Shown here piece after piece: positions 9,918-21,573 of a DNA stretch of 64,000 nucleotides; within the stretch, counting starts at the first letter, position 1; every line of letters begins with the position of its first letter. A model generated the notes under the pieces. It was not told the DNA's origin, made no database searches, and worked only from the letters and a program-made list of their open reading frames with translations. This DNA comes from Longimicrobiales bacterium (lineage in GTDB: Bacteria; Gemmatimonadota; Gemmatimonadetes; Longimicrobiales; RSA9). The position numbers and the translations under genes were made by a program. The stretch is from positions 5,017-69,016 of the forward strand of contig JBOHRE010000001.1 of the NCBI GenBank assembly GCA_050732635.1, in the 5' to 3' direction.

Positions 9918-10466
9918 ATGCGAATCGGCCTCGGCTACGACTCCCACCGCTTCGAGCCCGGCCGGCGGCTCGTGCTGGGCGGTGTCGAGATTCCGCATGA
10001 GGCCGGGCTGGCCGGCCACTCCGACGCGGACGCCGTCGCGCACGCCGTCACCGACGCTGTTCTCGGTGCCTGCGCTCTGGGCGACATCGGCACGCATTTT
10101 CCACCCGACGATACCCGCTGGCGCGACGCCGACTCGCTCGAGCTGCTCGGGCAGGCCGTGCGACTCGCGGAGGCGGAGAACTACCAGGTCGTCAACGTCG
10201 ATGTCACGGTCGTCTGCGAGGCGCCCCCCATCGCGGCACATGCGCCGGCGATGTGCGAGCGGCTCGCCGGCGTGCTCGGCATCACGGCGTTGCACATCTC
10301 GATCAAGGCCAAATCGAACGAGGGCATGGGCTGGATCGGCCGCGGCGAGGGTATCGCGGTGCTCGCGGTCGTACTGGTCGACAGCATCGACGCGCGGCTG
10401 CGACGGACTCCACCGCCACCGGGGGAGTCAGGACCGCCAGCGGGCGTCGGGCCAGACGATGCCTGA
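9918..10466 (+). CDS. ispF: 2-C-methyl-D-erythritol 2,4-cyclodiphosphate synthase
   Basis: MRIGLGYDSHRF and GHSDADAVAHAVTDA motifs. It is monofunctional, with no IspD fusion. Confidence 0.9.
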   Translation: MRIGLGYDSHRFEPGRRLVLGGVEIPHEAGLAGHSDADAVAHAVTDAVLGACALGDIGTHFPPDDTRWRDADSLELLGQAVRLAEAENYQVVNVDVTVVCEAPPIAAHAPAMCERLAGVLGITALHISIKAKSNEGMGWIGRGEGIAVLAVVLVDSIDARLRRTPPPPGESGPPAGVGPDDA

Positions 10467-10484
10467 GTTGGCGGAGACGCGCCG

Positions 10485-11096
10485 GTGCTGAACGCCGCGC
10501 TGGACTGGCTCGCCGCATTACCGCCGCTCGTGCTCTATCTGCTGATCGGGGCCGGCGCCGCCGTGGAGAACATCGTGCCGCCGATCCCGGCCGACACCTT
10601 CGTGCTGTTTGGCGGCTTTCTGGCGGCGCGCGGTCGCGCGGATCCGTGGCTGGTGTTCCTCGCTACATGGGTCTTCAACGTCGGCAGTGCGCTGGCGGTC
10701 TACGGTGTGGCCCGGCGCCATGACGAGACGATCCGCGAGTCGCGTGTCGGCCAGTGGCTGCTCAACCCGCACCAGCTCGAGCGCATTGCGACCTTCTATC
10801 AGCGCTGGGGTACGCCCGCCATCTTCTTCTCCCGGTTCTTTCCGGCGCTGCGCGCCATCGTGCCGGTTTTCGCGGGGCTCAGCGACATCGGCTTCTTTCG
10901 GATGGCGCTGCCGACCGCGATCGCCTCCGGGCTCTGGTACGGCCTCGTCGTCTACCTGGGCGCTGCGGCTGGGCGGAACTGGGAGGCGATCCAGGAGCAG
11001 CTCGGCACCGTGAATATCTGGCTACTCGCCGTGGCGGTACTGATCATCGGCGGCGGCCTGGTCTGGTGGTGGCGCACGCGGGGTCACCATCCGTGA
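10485..11096 (+). CDS. DedA/SNARE-associated (VTT domain) membrane protein
   Basis: Multi-pass hydrophobic protein with an ENIVPPIPAD motif and the FFSRFFPALR loop typical of DedA. Confidence 0.75.
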   Translation: MLNAALDWLAALPPLVLYLLIGAGAAVENIVPPIPADTFVLFGGFLAARGRADPWLVFLATWVFNVGSALAVYGVARRHDETIRESRVGQWLLNPHQLERIATFYQRWGTPAIFFSRFFPALRAIVPVFAGLSDIGFFRMALPTAIASGLWYGLVVYLGAAAGRNWEAIQEQLGTVNIWLLAVAVLIIGGGLVWWWRTRGHHP

Positions 11097-11986
11097 ACGG
11101 GTTCCGACTCCAGACCTTCATCGATCATCTGGCCGTCGAGCGCGGCCTCTCGCCGCGCACGATCGATGCGTATCGTCGCGACCTCACCCGGCTGATCGAT
11201 TACCTCGAGGCGCGCGGAGTATCCAGGGCTGCCGCCGCTTCCGACGCGGATCTGCGCGAGTTCGTCTACTCGCTCAAGGACCGGGGGCTCCAGCCCACCT
11301 CGATTCGCCGCAGCATCTCGGCGATCCGCGGCTACTACGCCTTTCTGCTGGCCGAGGGCGCGGTCGTCGAGGACCCGACGGAGCGGATCGATACGCCCAA
11401 GGTTTGGCGCCGGCTGCCCGGCGTCCTGAGCCGCGAGGAGATCGGCACGCTGCTCGAGGCACCCGACCCCGATGACCACCTCTTCTGGCGCGACAAGGCC
11501 ATGCTCGAGCTCGGCTACGCCTCCGGCGTGCGAGTCAGCGAGCTGATCGGGCTGACCACGCGTGACCTCATTCTCGATGAAGGCTTTGCCCGCGTCTTCG
11601 GCAAGGGCTCGCGCGAGCGCCTCGTGCCCGTCGGCCGTGCCGCGCTGCACGCGCTCGAGGTGTACCTCCGCGAGCTGCGCCCGCGCCTCGAGCGCGACGG
11701 CAGCAGCCGCGGCCGCGTCTTCCTCAATGCCCGCGGCGGCCCGCTCAGCCGCATGGGCGTGTGGAAGATCCTGCAGAAGCACGTCCGCCGCGCCGGCATC
11801 CGCAAGCGCGTGACGCCGCATACACTCCGTCACTCCTTTGCCACCCACCTGCTCGAGGGCGGCGCCGACCTCGCCTCCGTCCAGGAGATGCTCGGTCACG
11901 CCGACATCTCGACTACCCAGATCTACACCCACGTCGACCGCGAGTACCTGCGCGAGGTGCACCGGAAGTATCATCCCCGGGCGTGA
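11093..11986 (+). CDS. xerD: tyrosine site-specific recombinase, XerD-like (XerC/D family)
   Basis: N-terminal SAM-like domain ([23 protein letters not shown]). The catalytic region has [17 protein letters not shown] and [19 protein letters not shown] overlap with the dedA stop. Confidence 0.8.
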   Translation: MNGFRLQTFIDHLAVERGLSPRTIDAYRRDLTRLIDYLEARGVSRAAAASDADLREFVYSLKDRGLQPTSIRRSISAIRGYYAFLLAEGAVVEDPTERIDTPKVWRRLPGVLSREEIGTLLEAPDPDDHLFWRDKAMLELGYASGVRVSELIGLTTRDLILDEGFARVFGKGSRERLVPVGRAALHALEVYLRELRPRLERDGSSRGRVFLNARGGPLSRMGVWKILQKHVRRAGIRKRVTPHTLRHSFATHLLEGGADLASVQEMLGHADISTTQIYTHVDREYLREVHRKYHPRA

Positions 11987-11995
11987 CCGCCCGCG

Positions 11996-12027
11996 GGTTC
12001 GTGGTTGGTGGTTGGTGGTTCGTGGTT
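11996..12027 (+). repeat. tandem heptamer array GGTT-CGTGGTT-GGTGGTT-GGTGGTT-CGTGGTT
   Basis: Read directly from the sequence. It lies 10 nt after the xerD stop. The 20-mer GTTCGTGGTTGGTGGTTGGT recurs at about 13959. Confidence 0.85.
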
Positions 12028-12067
12028 ACTCAGCACAACGGTTCGACCCAACCCCACGCCAGCGCGC

Positions 12068-12096
12068 TTGCCTTACCCTCAGCATAATGGTACAAT
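12068..12096 (+). promoter_or_regulatory. sigma-70-like promoter for vapBC (TTGCCT-N17-TACAAT)
   Basis: The -35 TTGCCT is at 12068-12073, followed by a 17-nt spacer and the -10 TACAAT at 12091-12096. It sits 38 nt upstream of the vapB ATG in a locally AT-rich patch. Confidence 0.4.
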
Positions 12097-12133
12097 GAGT
12101 AAGGAATATCACATCTAGTAAGGAAACCCCGGC

Positions 12134-12379
12134 ATGGCGGCCGCGACGCTCACATCGAAGGGGCAGATCACGATCCCGAAAACCATCCGGGACCGGCTGG
12201 GGCTCGAGCCGGGCGACCGGATCGACTTCGTGCTGGAGGGGGAGGGCCAGGTCGTGCTACGGCCGCGGACGCGCGACTTTCGGGCGCTCGAGGGCATTCT
12301 GTACCGGCCGGGCAGGAAGCCTGTCAGCGTGGAGCAGATGCGGGCCGGACTGCAGAAGCGATTTCGCAGGTCGACGTGA
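12134..12379 (+). CDS. vapB: AbrB/MazE/SpoVT-family antitoxin (VapB-like)
   Basis: 81 aa with the LTSKGQITIPKTIRDRLGLEPGDRIDF swapped-hairpin motif. 4-nt overlap with the downstream PIN gene. Confidence 0.8.
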   Translation: MAAATLTSKGQITIPKTIRDRLGLEPGDRIDFVLEGEGQVVLRPRTRDFRALEGILYRPGRKPVSVEQMRAGLQKRFRRST

Positions 12380-12816
12380 TCGCGCTCGATACGAATGTCC
12401 TGGTGCGATATCTGACGCAGGACGATCCGGTGCAGGCGCGCCAGGTGCGGGCGCTGCTCGAGTCGGTGGAGGCGGCGGGGGAGTCGGCGTACATCGGGGC
12501 GGTCTGCCTGTGCGAGGTCGTATGGGTCCTGGACTCCGCCTACGACTATTCACGCGCGGAGATCGCCCGTGCACTGGAAGGCGTGCTGGCCACGGCGCTC
12601 TTCGAAGTGGAGGCCGAGGAGCGGCTATGGATTGCGCTGGCGGACTATCGCGAGAAGCGGGGCGACTTCGCCGATTACGTGATTGGCCGAACCGCCGCAG
12701 CTGCCGGATGCACGCGGACCATGACGCTGGATCGGACGCTCGTGGGCGATCCGCTCTTCGAAGTCGTTCGCCTGCCAGCTAACGCTCGGCGCGGCCGGCG
12801 GGATCGAGGTACTTGA
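12376..12816 (+). CDS. vapC: PIN-domain ribonuclease toxin (VapC-like)
   Basis: The MIALDTNVLVRYL N-terminus carries the first acidic PIN residue. The ~145 aa size and the pairing with an AbrB-type antitoxin fit VapC. Confidence 0.8.
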   Translation: MIALDTNVLVRYLTQDDPVQARQVRALLESVEAAGESAYIGAVCLCEVVWVLDSAYDYSRAEIARALEGVLATALFEVEAEERLWIALADYREKRGDFADYVIGRTAAAAGCTRTMTLDRTLVGDPLFEVVRLPANARRGRRDRGT

Positions 12817-12880
12817 GTCCGCTATACACCGCGATATCGTAGTGCACGAGTTGCGCGCGTGCTCTCTGAGCCGGTCGCGC

Positions 12881-13933
12881 TCATCCGCAGCTCCGCCCGG
12901 CCAGGAACCAACAGGCGGTGAACGGGGAGGTCTTGAAGAAGGCCAGCAGCTCGGCGGCGACCTTGGCCTCGCCGGTGCGGGCGGGGTGCGTGCCGTCGGC
13001 TTCGAATTCGGAGCGGACCCAGAAGAAGCCGTCGGCGCGAGGCGAGGAGGCGTCACCGGCCCAGAGGTAGGGACCCCAGGCGAGCCACGGGGCGACGTCG
13101 TCGTAGTCGAGGTCTCGGGCGCGAGGGTCGACGGCCCCCGTCCGCATCTGCTCAATCTGCGCGTCGATCAGCCATTTCACGGCAAAGCCGGTCTCGTACG
13201 CGTACGGCTCCGGATTGAGGGGGGTGGTGGCGAAGCCGGCATAGATGCGGCTGGATACGAAGAGCTGCTGGAGGTTCGGGTAGCGCGTCTTCACTGCGCG
13301 AGCGATGTCGCCCAGGCTCTCGAGCAGCGCGAGTGCATCCGCATCCTCGTCTGGGAGCGACGTCGACGGCTGAGCGTTCGCGTGTTTCATCCACGCGATC
13401 TGTACCTGGTCTTCGCTGAGTCCGAGCGGTCGAAGGCCCTCGTCCCGGACGCGATCATAGTTCGGGTCGCTGGGTGAGTCCCAGGTCTCGGCGACGCGCC
13501 CGCCTCGCGCGCCGTTGACGATCACGAGGCGGGTGCGGTCGACGGCGGGATCGGAGGCCGCGCGGCCCATGAAGGTCCAGCTCTCGCATTCCGTGTAGCC
13601 GCCGACGCCGCAGAACTCCTGGCTCACGTTCGACATGCCGATCGAGAGCATGACGTATTTGCCGGCCGGATCGGGTCGCCCGGCGGCATCCAGCGGCTGG
13701 ATGGCGGCCGCGCGGAGGAGCCCCTCGGCCACGTGATCAGCGGGCGGCTGGTTCGCGCCATCGCCGTACAGACCGCCGGTGTAGCCCAGATACGTGCGTG
13801 TGCCGAGGTCGGTCAGCGGCACGCCGATCGTGTCCGTTGGCGCCGGGCCGCGCTCGACCTGTGTCGGCGTGCCGCTGCAGCCGATGGCGACGACGAGCGC
13901 CTGGATTGTCGCACCGATGGTCCATCCGCGCAT
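12881..13933 (-). CDS. putative SGNH/GDSL-like hydrolase lipoprotein
   Basis: Lipobox VVAIGC at the N-terminus. IGMSN (Ser block), NGARGG and ADGTHP (DxxH block) are arranged as in SGNH esterases. This is a motif-level call only. Confidence 0.4.
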   Translation of the reverse strand: MRGWTIGATIQALVVAIGCSGTPTQVERGPAPTDTIGVPLTDLGTRTYLGYTGGLYGDGANQPPADHVAEGLLRAAAIQPLDAAGRPDPAGKYVMLSIGMSNVSQEFCGVGGYTECESWTFMGRAASDPAVDRTRLVIVNGARGGRVAETWDSPSDPNYDRVRDEGLRPLGLSEDQVQIAWMKHANAQPSTSLPDEDADALALLESLGDIARAVKTRYPNLQQLFVSSRIYAGFATTPLNPEPYAYETGFAVKWLIDAQIEQMRTGAVDPRARDLDYDDVAPWLAWGPYLWAGDASSPRADGFFWVRSEFEADGTHPARTGEAKVAAELLAFFKTSPFTACWFLAGRSCG

Positions 13934-13952
13934 GGAGTGCTCCTAGCCGCCG

Positions 13953-13978
13953 TTGGTGGTTCGTGGTTGGTGGTTGGT
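13953..13978 (+). repeat. tandem heptamer array (TTGGTGGTT-CGTGGTT-GGTGGTT-GGT), direct copy of the 11996 array
   Basis: Read directly. It lies 20 nt upstream of the start of the minus-strand lipoprotein gene. Confidence 0.85.
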
Positions 13979-13986
13979 CGACCCTA

Positions 13987-14026
13987 CCCACCACAAACCA
14001 CTAACTACCAACCACCAACTACCAAC
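13987..14026 (+). repeat. inverted, degenerate heptamer array (reverse complement reads GTTGGTA-GTTGGTG-GTTGGTA-GTTAGTG-GTTTGTG-GTGGG)
   Basis: Read directly. It forms an imperfect long hairpin or cruciform with 13953-13978 (8-nt loop). It is also inverted relative to the 11996 array. Confidence 0.8.
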
Positions 14027-14109
14027 GCCCCCCAGCAACTATGACGCCGTCGTGGCGGGAACGCAGAGAGCTTCCGCCCGTGGCGGCCGCCCTTTAGCTT
14101 CCGGGCCTC

Positions 14110-14688
14110 ATGGTCTTTGTCCTCGACAACTACGACTCCTTCACGTTCAACCTGGTCCAGTACCTGGGCGAGCTGGGCGCGGCGCCGGTGGTCCGGCGCA
14201 ACGACGAGGTGAGCGTGGAAGATGTGCGCGCGCTGGCGCCTGACCGGATCGTCATCTCGCCTGGGCCGTGCACGCCGGCAGAGGCCGGCATCAGCGTCGA
14301 GCTGATCCGTAGCCTCGGCCCGAGCACGCCGATTCTCGGCGTCTGCCTGGGCCACCAGGCCATCGGCGAGGCGTTCGGCGGCCGCGTCGTGCGTGCACGG
14401 CGCCAGATGCACGGCAAGTGCTCGCGCGTCGCACACAATGGAGCCGACATCTTCGCCGGGCTGCCGGCGCCGCTCACGGTGACGCGCTACCATTCGCTCA
14501 TCGTCGAACGCGAGTCGTTGCCGGGTGAGCTGGAGGTCACAGCGTGGACCGATGAGCCGGGCTGGCAGGATGAGATCCAGGGGCTGCGGCACCGTACGCT
14601 GCCCGTGTGGGGCGTGCAATTCCACCCGGAATCGATCGCCAGCGAGCACGGCAAGGAGCTGCTCGGCAACTTTCTGAGCCTGTCGTGA
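14110..14688 (+). CDS. trpG: anthranilate/aminodeoxychorismate synthase glutamine amidotransferase component
   Basis: [19 protein letters not shown], the GVCLGHQ catalytic Cys and WGVQFHPES motifs. TrpG cannot be distinguished from PabA from sequence alone. Confidence 0.85.
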   Translation: MVFVLDNYDSFTFNLVQYLGELGAAPVVRRNDEVSVEDVRALAPDRIVISPGPCTPAEAGISVELIRSLGPSTPILGVCLGHQAIGEAFGGRVVRARRQMHGKCSRVAHNGADIFAGLPAPLTVTRYHSLIVERESLPGELEVTAWTDEPGWQDEIQGLRHRTLPVWGVQFHPESIASEHGKELLGNFLSLS

Positions 14689-16283
14689 GGCGACGCTCGC
14701 TCGAACCGGTCGCGGGCGCGTCCGGTCTCCTACTGCTCGTCGTCTTGCTGTCCTGGCCGCGTGTGCCCGCGGCGGCGCAGGATGTCAGGGTGCGCGGGCG
14801 CGGCGAGCTGGAGCTCGACGCGCGGCTCGACCGCGCGCTCGCCGACGACTACCTGCTGGTCACAGCCGACACCGTGATCAGCCGGGGCGACGACGCCCGC
14901 CGCACGATCCTCGTCCTCAATGCAATGCTCGCCGTGGAAGGTGAAGTCGCGGGCGACATCGTAGCCGTGGACGCGAACGTGTTCCTGCGGCCGCGCTCGC
15001 GGGTGCGGGGCGACGTCGTCAACCTCGGTGGCGGGCTGTACCGCTCCGAGCTGGCGACGATCGACGGCGAGATCATCGATCGACCGCTCGCGGACTATAC
15101 GGCACTCGGCGTCGGTGACCACTGGCTGATCTGGCGCCGCGCGGCGCGCAGCGGGCCGATCGTCTTCGACGGTCCCTTCGGCGTCGAGCTGCCGACCTAC
15201 GACCGGGTGAACGGCGTGCGACTCGGCTGGGGCGCGGGATATCGATTGCCGTTCGGCCGCGCGCTGCGGCCCGAGGTCCATGCGGGCGTACGCTACTTCT
15301 CGGAGCGAGGCGCGTGGGGTGGGCGCGGCGAGCTGCTGCTGCGCCTCGACACGGCCACCGTGCACGTCGGCTACGACCGCGATGCGCTGACCAACGAGCG
15401 CTGGATCAAGAGCGACCTCATGAACAGCGCGGTGCACCTGCTGAAAGGCAAGGACTACCGCGATTACTACGACGCCGAGCGCTGGTATGTCGGCATCGAC
15501 TGGCCGCTGCGCCTACGCGGCATTGCCGTTACGGCGACCGCCGCGCTGCGGCACGAGCGCGCGCGTACGCTGCGCGCCGACGAGCCGTGGAGCATCCTGA
15601 AGCCGGATTCGCTGCGCCCGAACCTGCCGGCCGGCGGCGACATCAACAGTGTTCTGCTCGGCGGTGCAGGGGAGTGGGAGGGCGTCAGCAGCCGCCTGCA
15701 GATGAGCGTCGGCGGCGAGCTCGGGTTGGATGCGCCCGTACCGAGCGGCTGTGTGCTCCCCGGCGACAGCTGCACCCCGCAGGCGCTGCCCGAGCGCAGC
15801 TACGGACTGCTCAGCGTCGACCTGGATTACGCCGCGAACACGTTTCGCGACCACTCGCTGCTCGTCGAGGCGCACGTCCAGGCGCCGGTCGGTGGTGGCA
15901 CGCTGCCGCTGCAGCGGTGGAGCTTCGTCGGCGGCTCGGGCACGCTCTGGACCTTCGAGATGGCCGAGTTCCGCGGCGACCGGATTCTCTTCGCCGACAC
16001 CCGATACCGGATCCCGCTGCCACTGATCGTGCCCGTGCTCGGCCGGCTCGAGCTCGACCTCAGGCACGCCGCCGGCATGGCGTGGGCGGAGGGCGTCAGC
16101 CGCGACATCGAGCAGAACATCGGTCTCGAGCTGCGCGGGCTCGCCGTCTACGCACGCATCGTCACCAACCCGGCCAGCTTCAGCGACGACGTCGAGCTTT
16201 CCGTCGGCCTCTTCAACCCCATCGGTGCGAACTTCCCATGGGCAAGCCGCGCACCTCAGCCCGAGCCCCAGCCCCAGCCCTAA
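14685..16283 (+). CDS. secreted hypothetical protein with bactofilin-like beta-helix repeats and a beta-rich C-terminal region
   Basis: GTGA overlap with trpG. Signal-like [19 protein letters not shown]. Repetitive V/G-rich segment ([33 protein letters not shown]). The PQPEPQPQP tail is encoded by a hexamer array. Confidence 0.45.
   Translation: MRRRSLEPVAGASGLLLLVVLLSWPRVPAAAQDVRVRGRGELELDARLDRALADDYLLVTADTVISRGDDARRTILVLNAMLAVEGEVAGDIVAVDANVFLRPRSRVRGDVVNLGGGLYRSELATIDGEIIDRPLADYTALGVGDHWLIWRRAARSGPIVFDGPFGVELPTYDRVNGVRLGWGAGYRLPFGRALRPEVHAGVRYFSERGAWGGRGELLLRLDTATVHVGYDRDALTNERWIKSDLMNSAVHLLKGKDYRDYYDAERWYVGIDWPLRLRGIAVTATAALRHERARTLRADEPWSILKPDSLRPNLPAGGDINSVLLGGAGEWEGVSSRLQMSVGGELGLDAPVPSGCVLPGDSCTPQALPERSYGLLSVDLDYAANTFRDHSLLVEAHVQAPVGGGTLPLQRWSFVGGSGTLWTFEMAEFRGDRILFADTRYRIPLPLIVPVLGRLELDLRHAAGMAWAEGVSRDIEQNIGLELRGLAVYARIVTNPASFSDDVELSVGLFNPIGANFPWASRAPQPEPQPQP
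16241..16280 (+). repeat. GGCAAGCC + (CCTCAG-CCCGAG-CCCCAG-CCCCAG-CCC) hexamer array
   Basis: Read directly. It encodes the C-terminal PQPEPQPQP of the upstream CDS. A direct-repeat partner lies at 18076-18117. Confidence 0.8.
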
Positions 16284-16293
16284 ACCCTGATCC

Positions 16294-18000
16294 CTACTTC
16301 CGCACCGCCTCGCCGACGCTCGCCTCACGAATCGCCTTGAACTCCGTGCCCTCGTTCCATTCGGGCCAGCGATCGGCCTCGGAGACCTCATAGCCGACAC
16401 GGAAGAGCAGGCGCGCGTCCTCGACGGCTCCGGAAAGGTCCCAGTCGGGCTTCACCTCGTCCGAGGGCTTGTGGTAGTCGTTGGCCGTGTACTCCTCGCG
16501 CTTGCGATCGCCGTAGCCGGGCGGCCTGCCGATGTACTCCGTCCCGGAGTCCGTGTACAGTGCCGGCACACCCTGCTTGGCGAACTCGAAGTGGTCGGAC
16601 CGGTAGTAGAAGCCCTTTTCGGGCTCGGGGTCCGGCACCAGCCGCCGGCCCTGCGCGGCCGCGGCGGCGGCGAGCACCTCGTCCAGGGTCGAACTACCAT
16701 GACCGATCACGACGACGTCCTCCGTGCGGCCCCACTGGTTCACGCCGTCGATGTTGATGTTGGCGAGCGTCCGCTCGAGCGGGTACAGCGGCGCCTGTGC
16801 GTAGTACTTGGCACCCAACAGTCCCTGCTCCTCGGCGGTCACCGCCAGGAACAGGATGGAGCGCTGCGGCGCTGGATCGAGGCGCGTGAACGCTTCGGCG
16901 ATCTCGAGCAGCGCGGCGGTTCCGGACGCATTATCGAGCGCGCCGTTGTAGACCGAGTCATCCTCGAGCGCTGGATCGACGCCGAGGTGGTCCCAATGGG
17001 CCGTGTAGACGATGTACTCGTTCGGCAGCGTCCGTCCCGGGACGCTGGCCACGACGTTCTTCGACGCGAGCCGCCGGATCTGCTGCTCGATGGTGAACGA
17101 TGCCGTGGCCTCGAGCGGTACGGGCTGGAAGTCGCGTGACAGCGCACGCTGCTTCAGCTCGTCGAAGTCGTGCCCGGCCGCGCTGAACAGGCGCTGTGCC
17201 AGCTCGCGCGTGATCCACGACTCGACAGGAACGCGGCTCAGATTGTCGTCCTCGGCGACGATGTCGAAGTTCTCACGGCCCCAGCTGCCCGTGACCACGT
17301 CCCAGGGATAGCCCGCCGGTCCGGTTTCGTGCACGACGATCGCCGCCGCGGCGCCCTGTTCACCCGCGATCTCGTACTTGTACGACCACCGGCCGTAGTA
17401 CGTCATTGCCTCGCCCCGGAACATGGCCGTGTCCAGCTGCGTCGGGTCGGACGCGTCCGCGACCGCCGGATCGTTGACCAGCATGACCAGTGTCTTGCCA
17501 CGCACGTCCACGCCCTTGAAGTCATCCCAGCCGTACTCGGGCGCGACCACGCCATAGCCGACGAAAACCAGATCCGAGTCCTCGACGCGGACGTCCGGCG
17601 TCACGTGCTTCGACCAGGCCGTCAGGTTCTCCGGATGCGACAGCTCGATGCGCTCGCCGCCCACATCGAAATGCGCCTCGGTTCGGCTGCTGATCCCGAC
17701 CAACGGCACGTCCTGCGTGTACGTGCCGTCCGGATTGCCCGGCGCGAGCCCCAGCTCCTGGAACGCGTCCACCAGGTATCGAACCGCCCGTTCCTCGCCG
17801 ATGCCGCCCGGCGCCCGGCCGCGCATCGAGTCATCGGCCAGATCCTGTGTTCGAGCCAGCAGCGCTTCCGCCGTGATGCTCGACAGCGCCGGACCCAGCG
17901 CTGCCGCATCCGCCTGTGCCGCCAAGGGGACGACCATGGTGAACATCGAAACGCCGGCGGACAGACCTGCCCGCCGCAGATACCTGGGCATCGGACACAT
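16294..18000 (-). CDS. M28-family aminopeptidase with PA domain (secreted)
   Basis: [20 protein letters not shown] and [14 protein letters not shown] zinc-ligand motifs. The signal peptide follows [16 protein letters not shown]... The start is taken at the internal ATG (18000 or 17991) of ORF 16294-18150. Confidence 0.8.
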   Translation of the reverse strand: MCPMPRYLRRAGLSAGVSMFTMVVPLAAQADAAALGPALSSITAEALLARTQDLADDSMRGRAPGGIGEERAVRYLVDAFQELGLAPGNPDGTYTQDVPLVGISSRTEAHFDVGGERIELSHPENLTAWSKHVTPDVRVEDSDLVFVGYGVVAPEYGWDDFKGVDVRGKTLVMLVNDPAVADASDPTQLDTAMFRGEAMTYYGRWSYKYEIAGEQGAAAAIVVHETGPAGYPWDVVTGSWGRENFDIVAEDDNLSRVPVESWITRELAQRLFSAAGHDFDELKQRALSRDFQPVPLEATASFTIEQQIRRLASKNVVASVPGRTLPNEYIVYTAHWDHLGVDPALEDDSVYNGALDNASGTAALLEIAEAFTRLDPAPQRSILFLAVTAEEQGLLGAKYYAQAPLYPLERTLANINIDGVNQWGRTEDVVVIGHGSSTLDEVLAAAAAAQGRRLVPDPEPEKGFYYRSDHFEFAKQGVPALYTDSGTEYIGRPPGYGDRKREEYTANDYHKPSDEVKPDWDLSGAVEDARLLFRVGYEVSEADRWPEWNEGTEFKAIREASVGEAVRK

Positions 18001-18075
18001 GAATCGACCTGGGGTTGAATGGAGTCCGCTGCAGCTCGTACGGCAGGCGTAGCCTGTAGCTCTCCGGCCCGTGCG

Positions 18076-18117
18076 GCAAGCCACCCCAGCCCCAGCCCGA
18101 GCCCCAGCCCGAGCCCG
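18076..18117 (+). repeat. GGCAAGCC + (CCCCAG-CCCCAG-CCCGAG-CCCCAG-CCCGAG-CCC) hexamer array
   Basis: Read directly. It is intergenic, between the divergent peptidase and kdsB starts. Confidence 0.8.
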
Positions 18118-18215
18118 TGCAGCACCCTGGTCCGCTCCAGCTGTTTCCATTACCTTGCAGGCGTGAAAATTGCATCGCCGCGCGTGCCTTTCCGGCCGTT
18201 TCTCCGCCCGACAAC

Positions 18216-20689
<2,474 letters not shown>

Positions 20690-20700
20690 TCGAATGGTGC

Positions 20701-21573
20701 ATGATGTTCGTGGGTGACTGGTTCCAGCCGGGCGGTCCGTTCTTCCTGATCGCAGGGCCCTGCGTGCTCGAGGACGACGCCCTCAACGTCCGCATCGGCG
20801 AGGCGCTCGCCGGCATTGCGGGTGAGCTGCGGCTGCCGGTCCTGTACAAGGCGTCCTTCGACAAGGCGAACCGGTCGAAGGCGGCGTCGCACCGGGGTCC
20901 CGGCCTCGCGCAGGGCCTCGACCGGCTGGCACGCGTCAAGCGCGAGACCGGGCTGCCGGTGATCACGGACGTGCACGAACCGGCTCAGGCCGCCGCCGCC
21001 GCCGAGGTCTGCGACGCGCTGCAGATCCCGGCGTTTCTGTGTCGCCAGACAGACCTGATCGTGGCGGCCGCCGCGACGGGCCGGCCGGTCAACATCAAGA
21101 AGGGACAGTGGTTGGCGCCGGAGGAGATGACGCATGCCGTGGCCAAGGCTCGCACGGCCGGCAGTGGCGGTGTGGCGGTGACGGAGCGCGGCACCTTCTT
21201 CGGCTATGGCGACCTGGTCGTGGACATGAGGTCGTTCAGTCGGATGCGCCGAGCGACCGAGGCGCCGGTCATCTTCGATGGCACGCACAGCGTGCAGCGT
21301 CCGGGCAGGGCGGACGGCACGAGCGGCGGCGAGCCGGAGTTCATTCCGGCGCTGGTGCGGGCTGCGGTGGCCGCAGGTTGCGATGCGCTGTTTCTCGAGA
21401 CGCACCCCGCACCGGCGCGCGCGCCGTCGGACCCGACGAACATGCTGCGGCTCGATCGGCTGCGCGACCTGCTGGCGGACGCCCTCGCGATCCGCGAGTC
21501 GATCGACAGAGGCAGCCGGCATGCCGATCGACTGAGCGACGCGCCCGCGACCATGCACGCCGAGCGGCCATGA
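20701..21573 (+). CDS. kdsA: 2-dehydro-3-deoxyphosphooctonate aldolase (Kdo8P synthase)
   Basis: LIAGPCVLE, YKASFDKANRS, QIPAFLCRQTDL and NIKKGQ motifs. Confidence 0.9.
   Translation: MMFVGDWFQPGGPFFLIAGPCVLEDDALNVRIGEALAGIAGELRLPVLYKASFDKANRSKAASHRGPGLAQGLDRLARVKRETGLPVITDVHEPAQAAAAAEVCDALQIPAFLCRQTDLIVAAAATGRPVNIKKGQWLAPEEMTHAVAKARTAGSGGVAVTERGTFFGYGDLVVDMRSFSRMRRATEAPVIFDGTHSVQRPGRADGTSGGEPEFIPALVRAAVAAGCDALFLETHPAPARAPSDPTNMLRLDRLRDLLADALAIRESIDRGSRHADRLSDAPATMHAERP

Noticed and set aside
11093-11986. The tyrosine recombinase as an integrase of a mobile element next to the vapBC cassette.
   Set aside because: Its sequence and length match housekeeping XerC/D. It is translationally coupled to dedA in a core gene run. 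There are no phage or ICE genes nearby. I kept it as xerD.
14040-14109. Possible trp-type leader or attenuator hairpin (GGCGGGAA...TTCCGCC) upstream of trpG.
   Set aside because: The stem is imperfect. There is no U-tract and no Trp-codon leader peptide.
11996-18117. The heptamer and hexamer arrays as CRISPR arrays.
   Set aside because: The units are 6-7 nt, contiguous and without spacers. There are no cas genes. They are microsatellite-like tandem repeats, not CRISPR.
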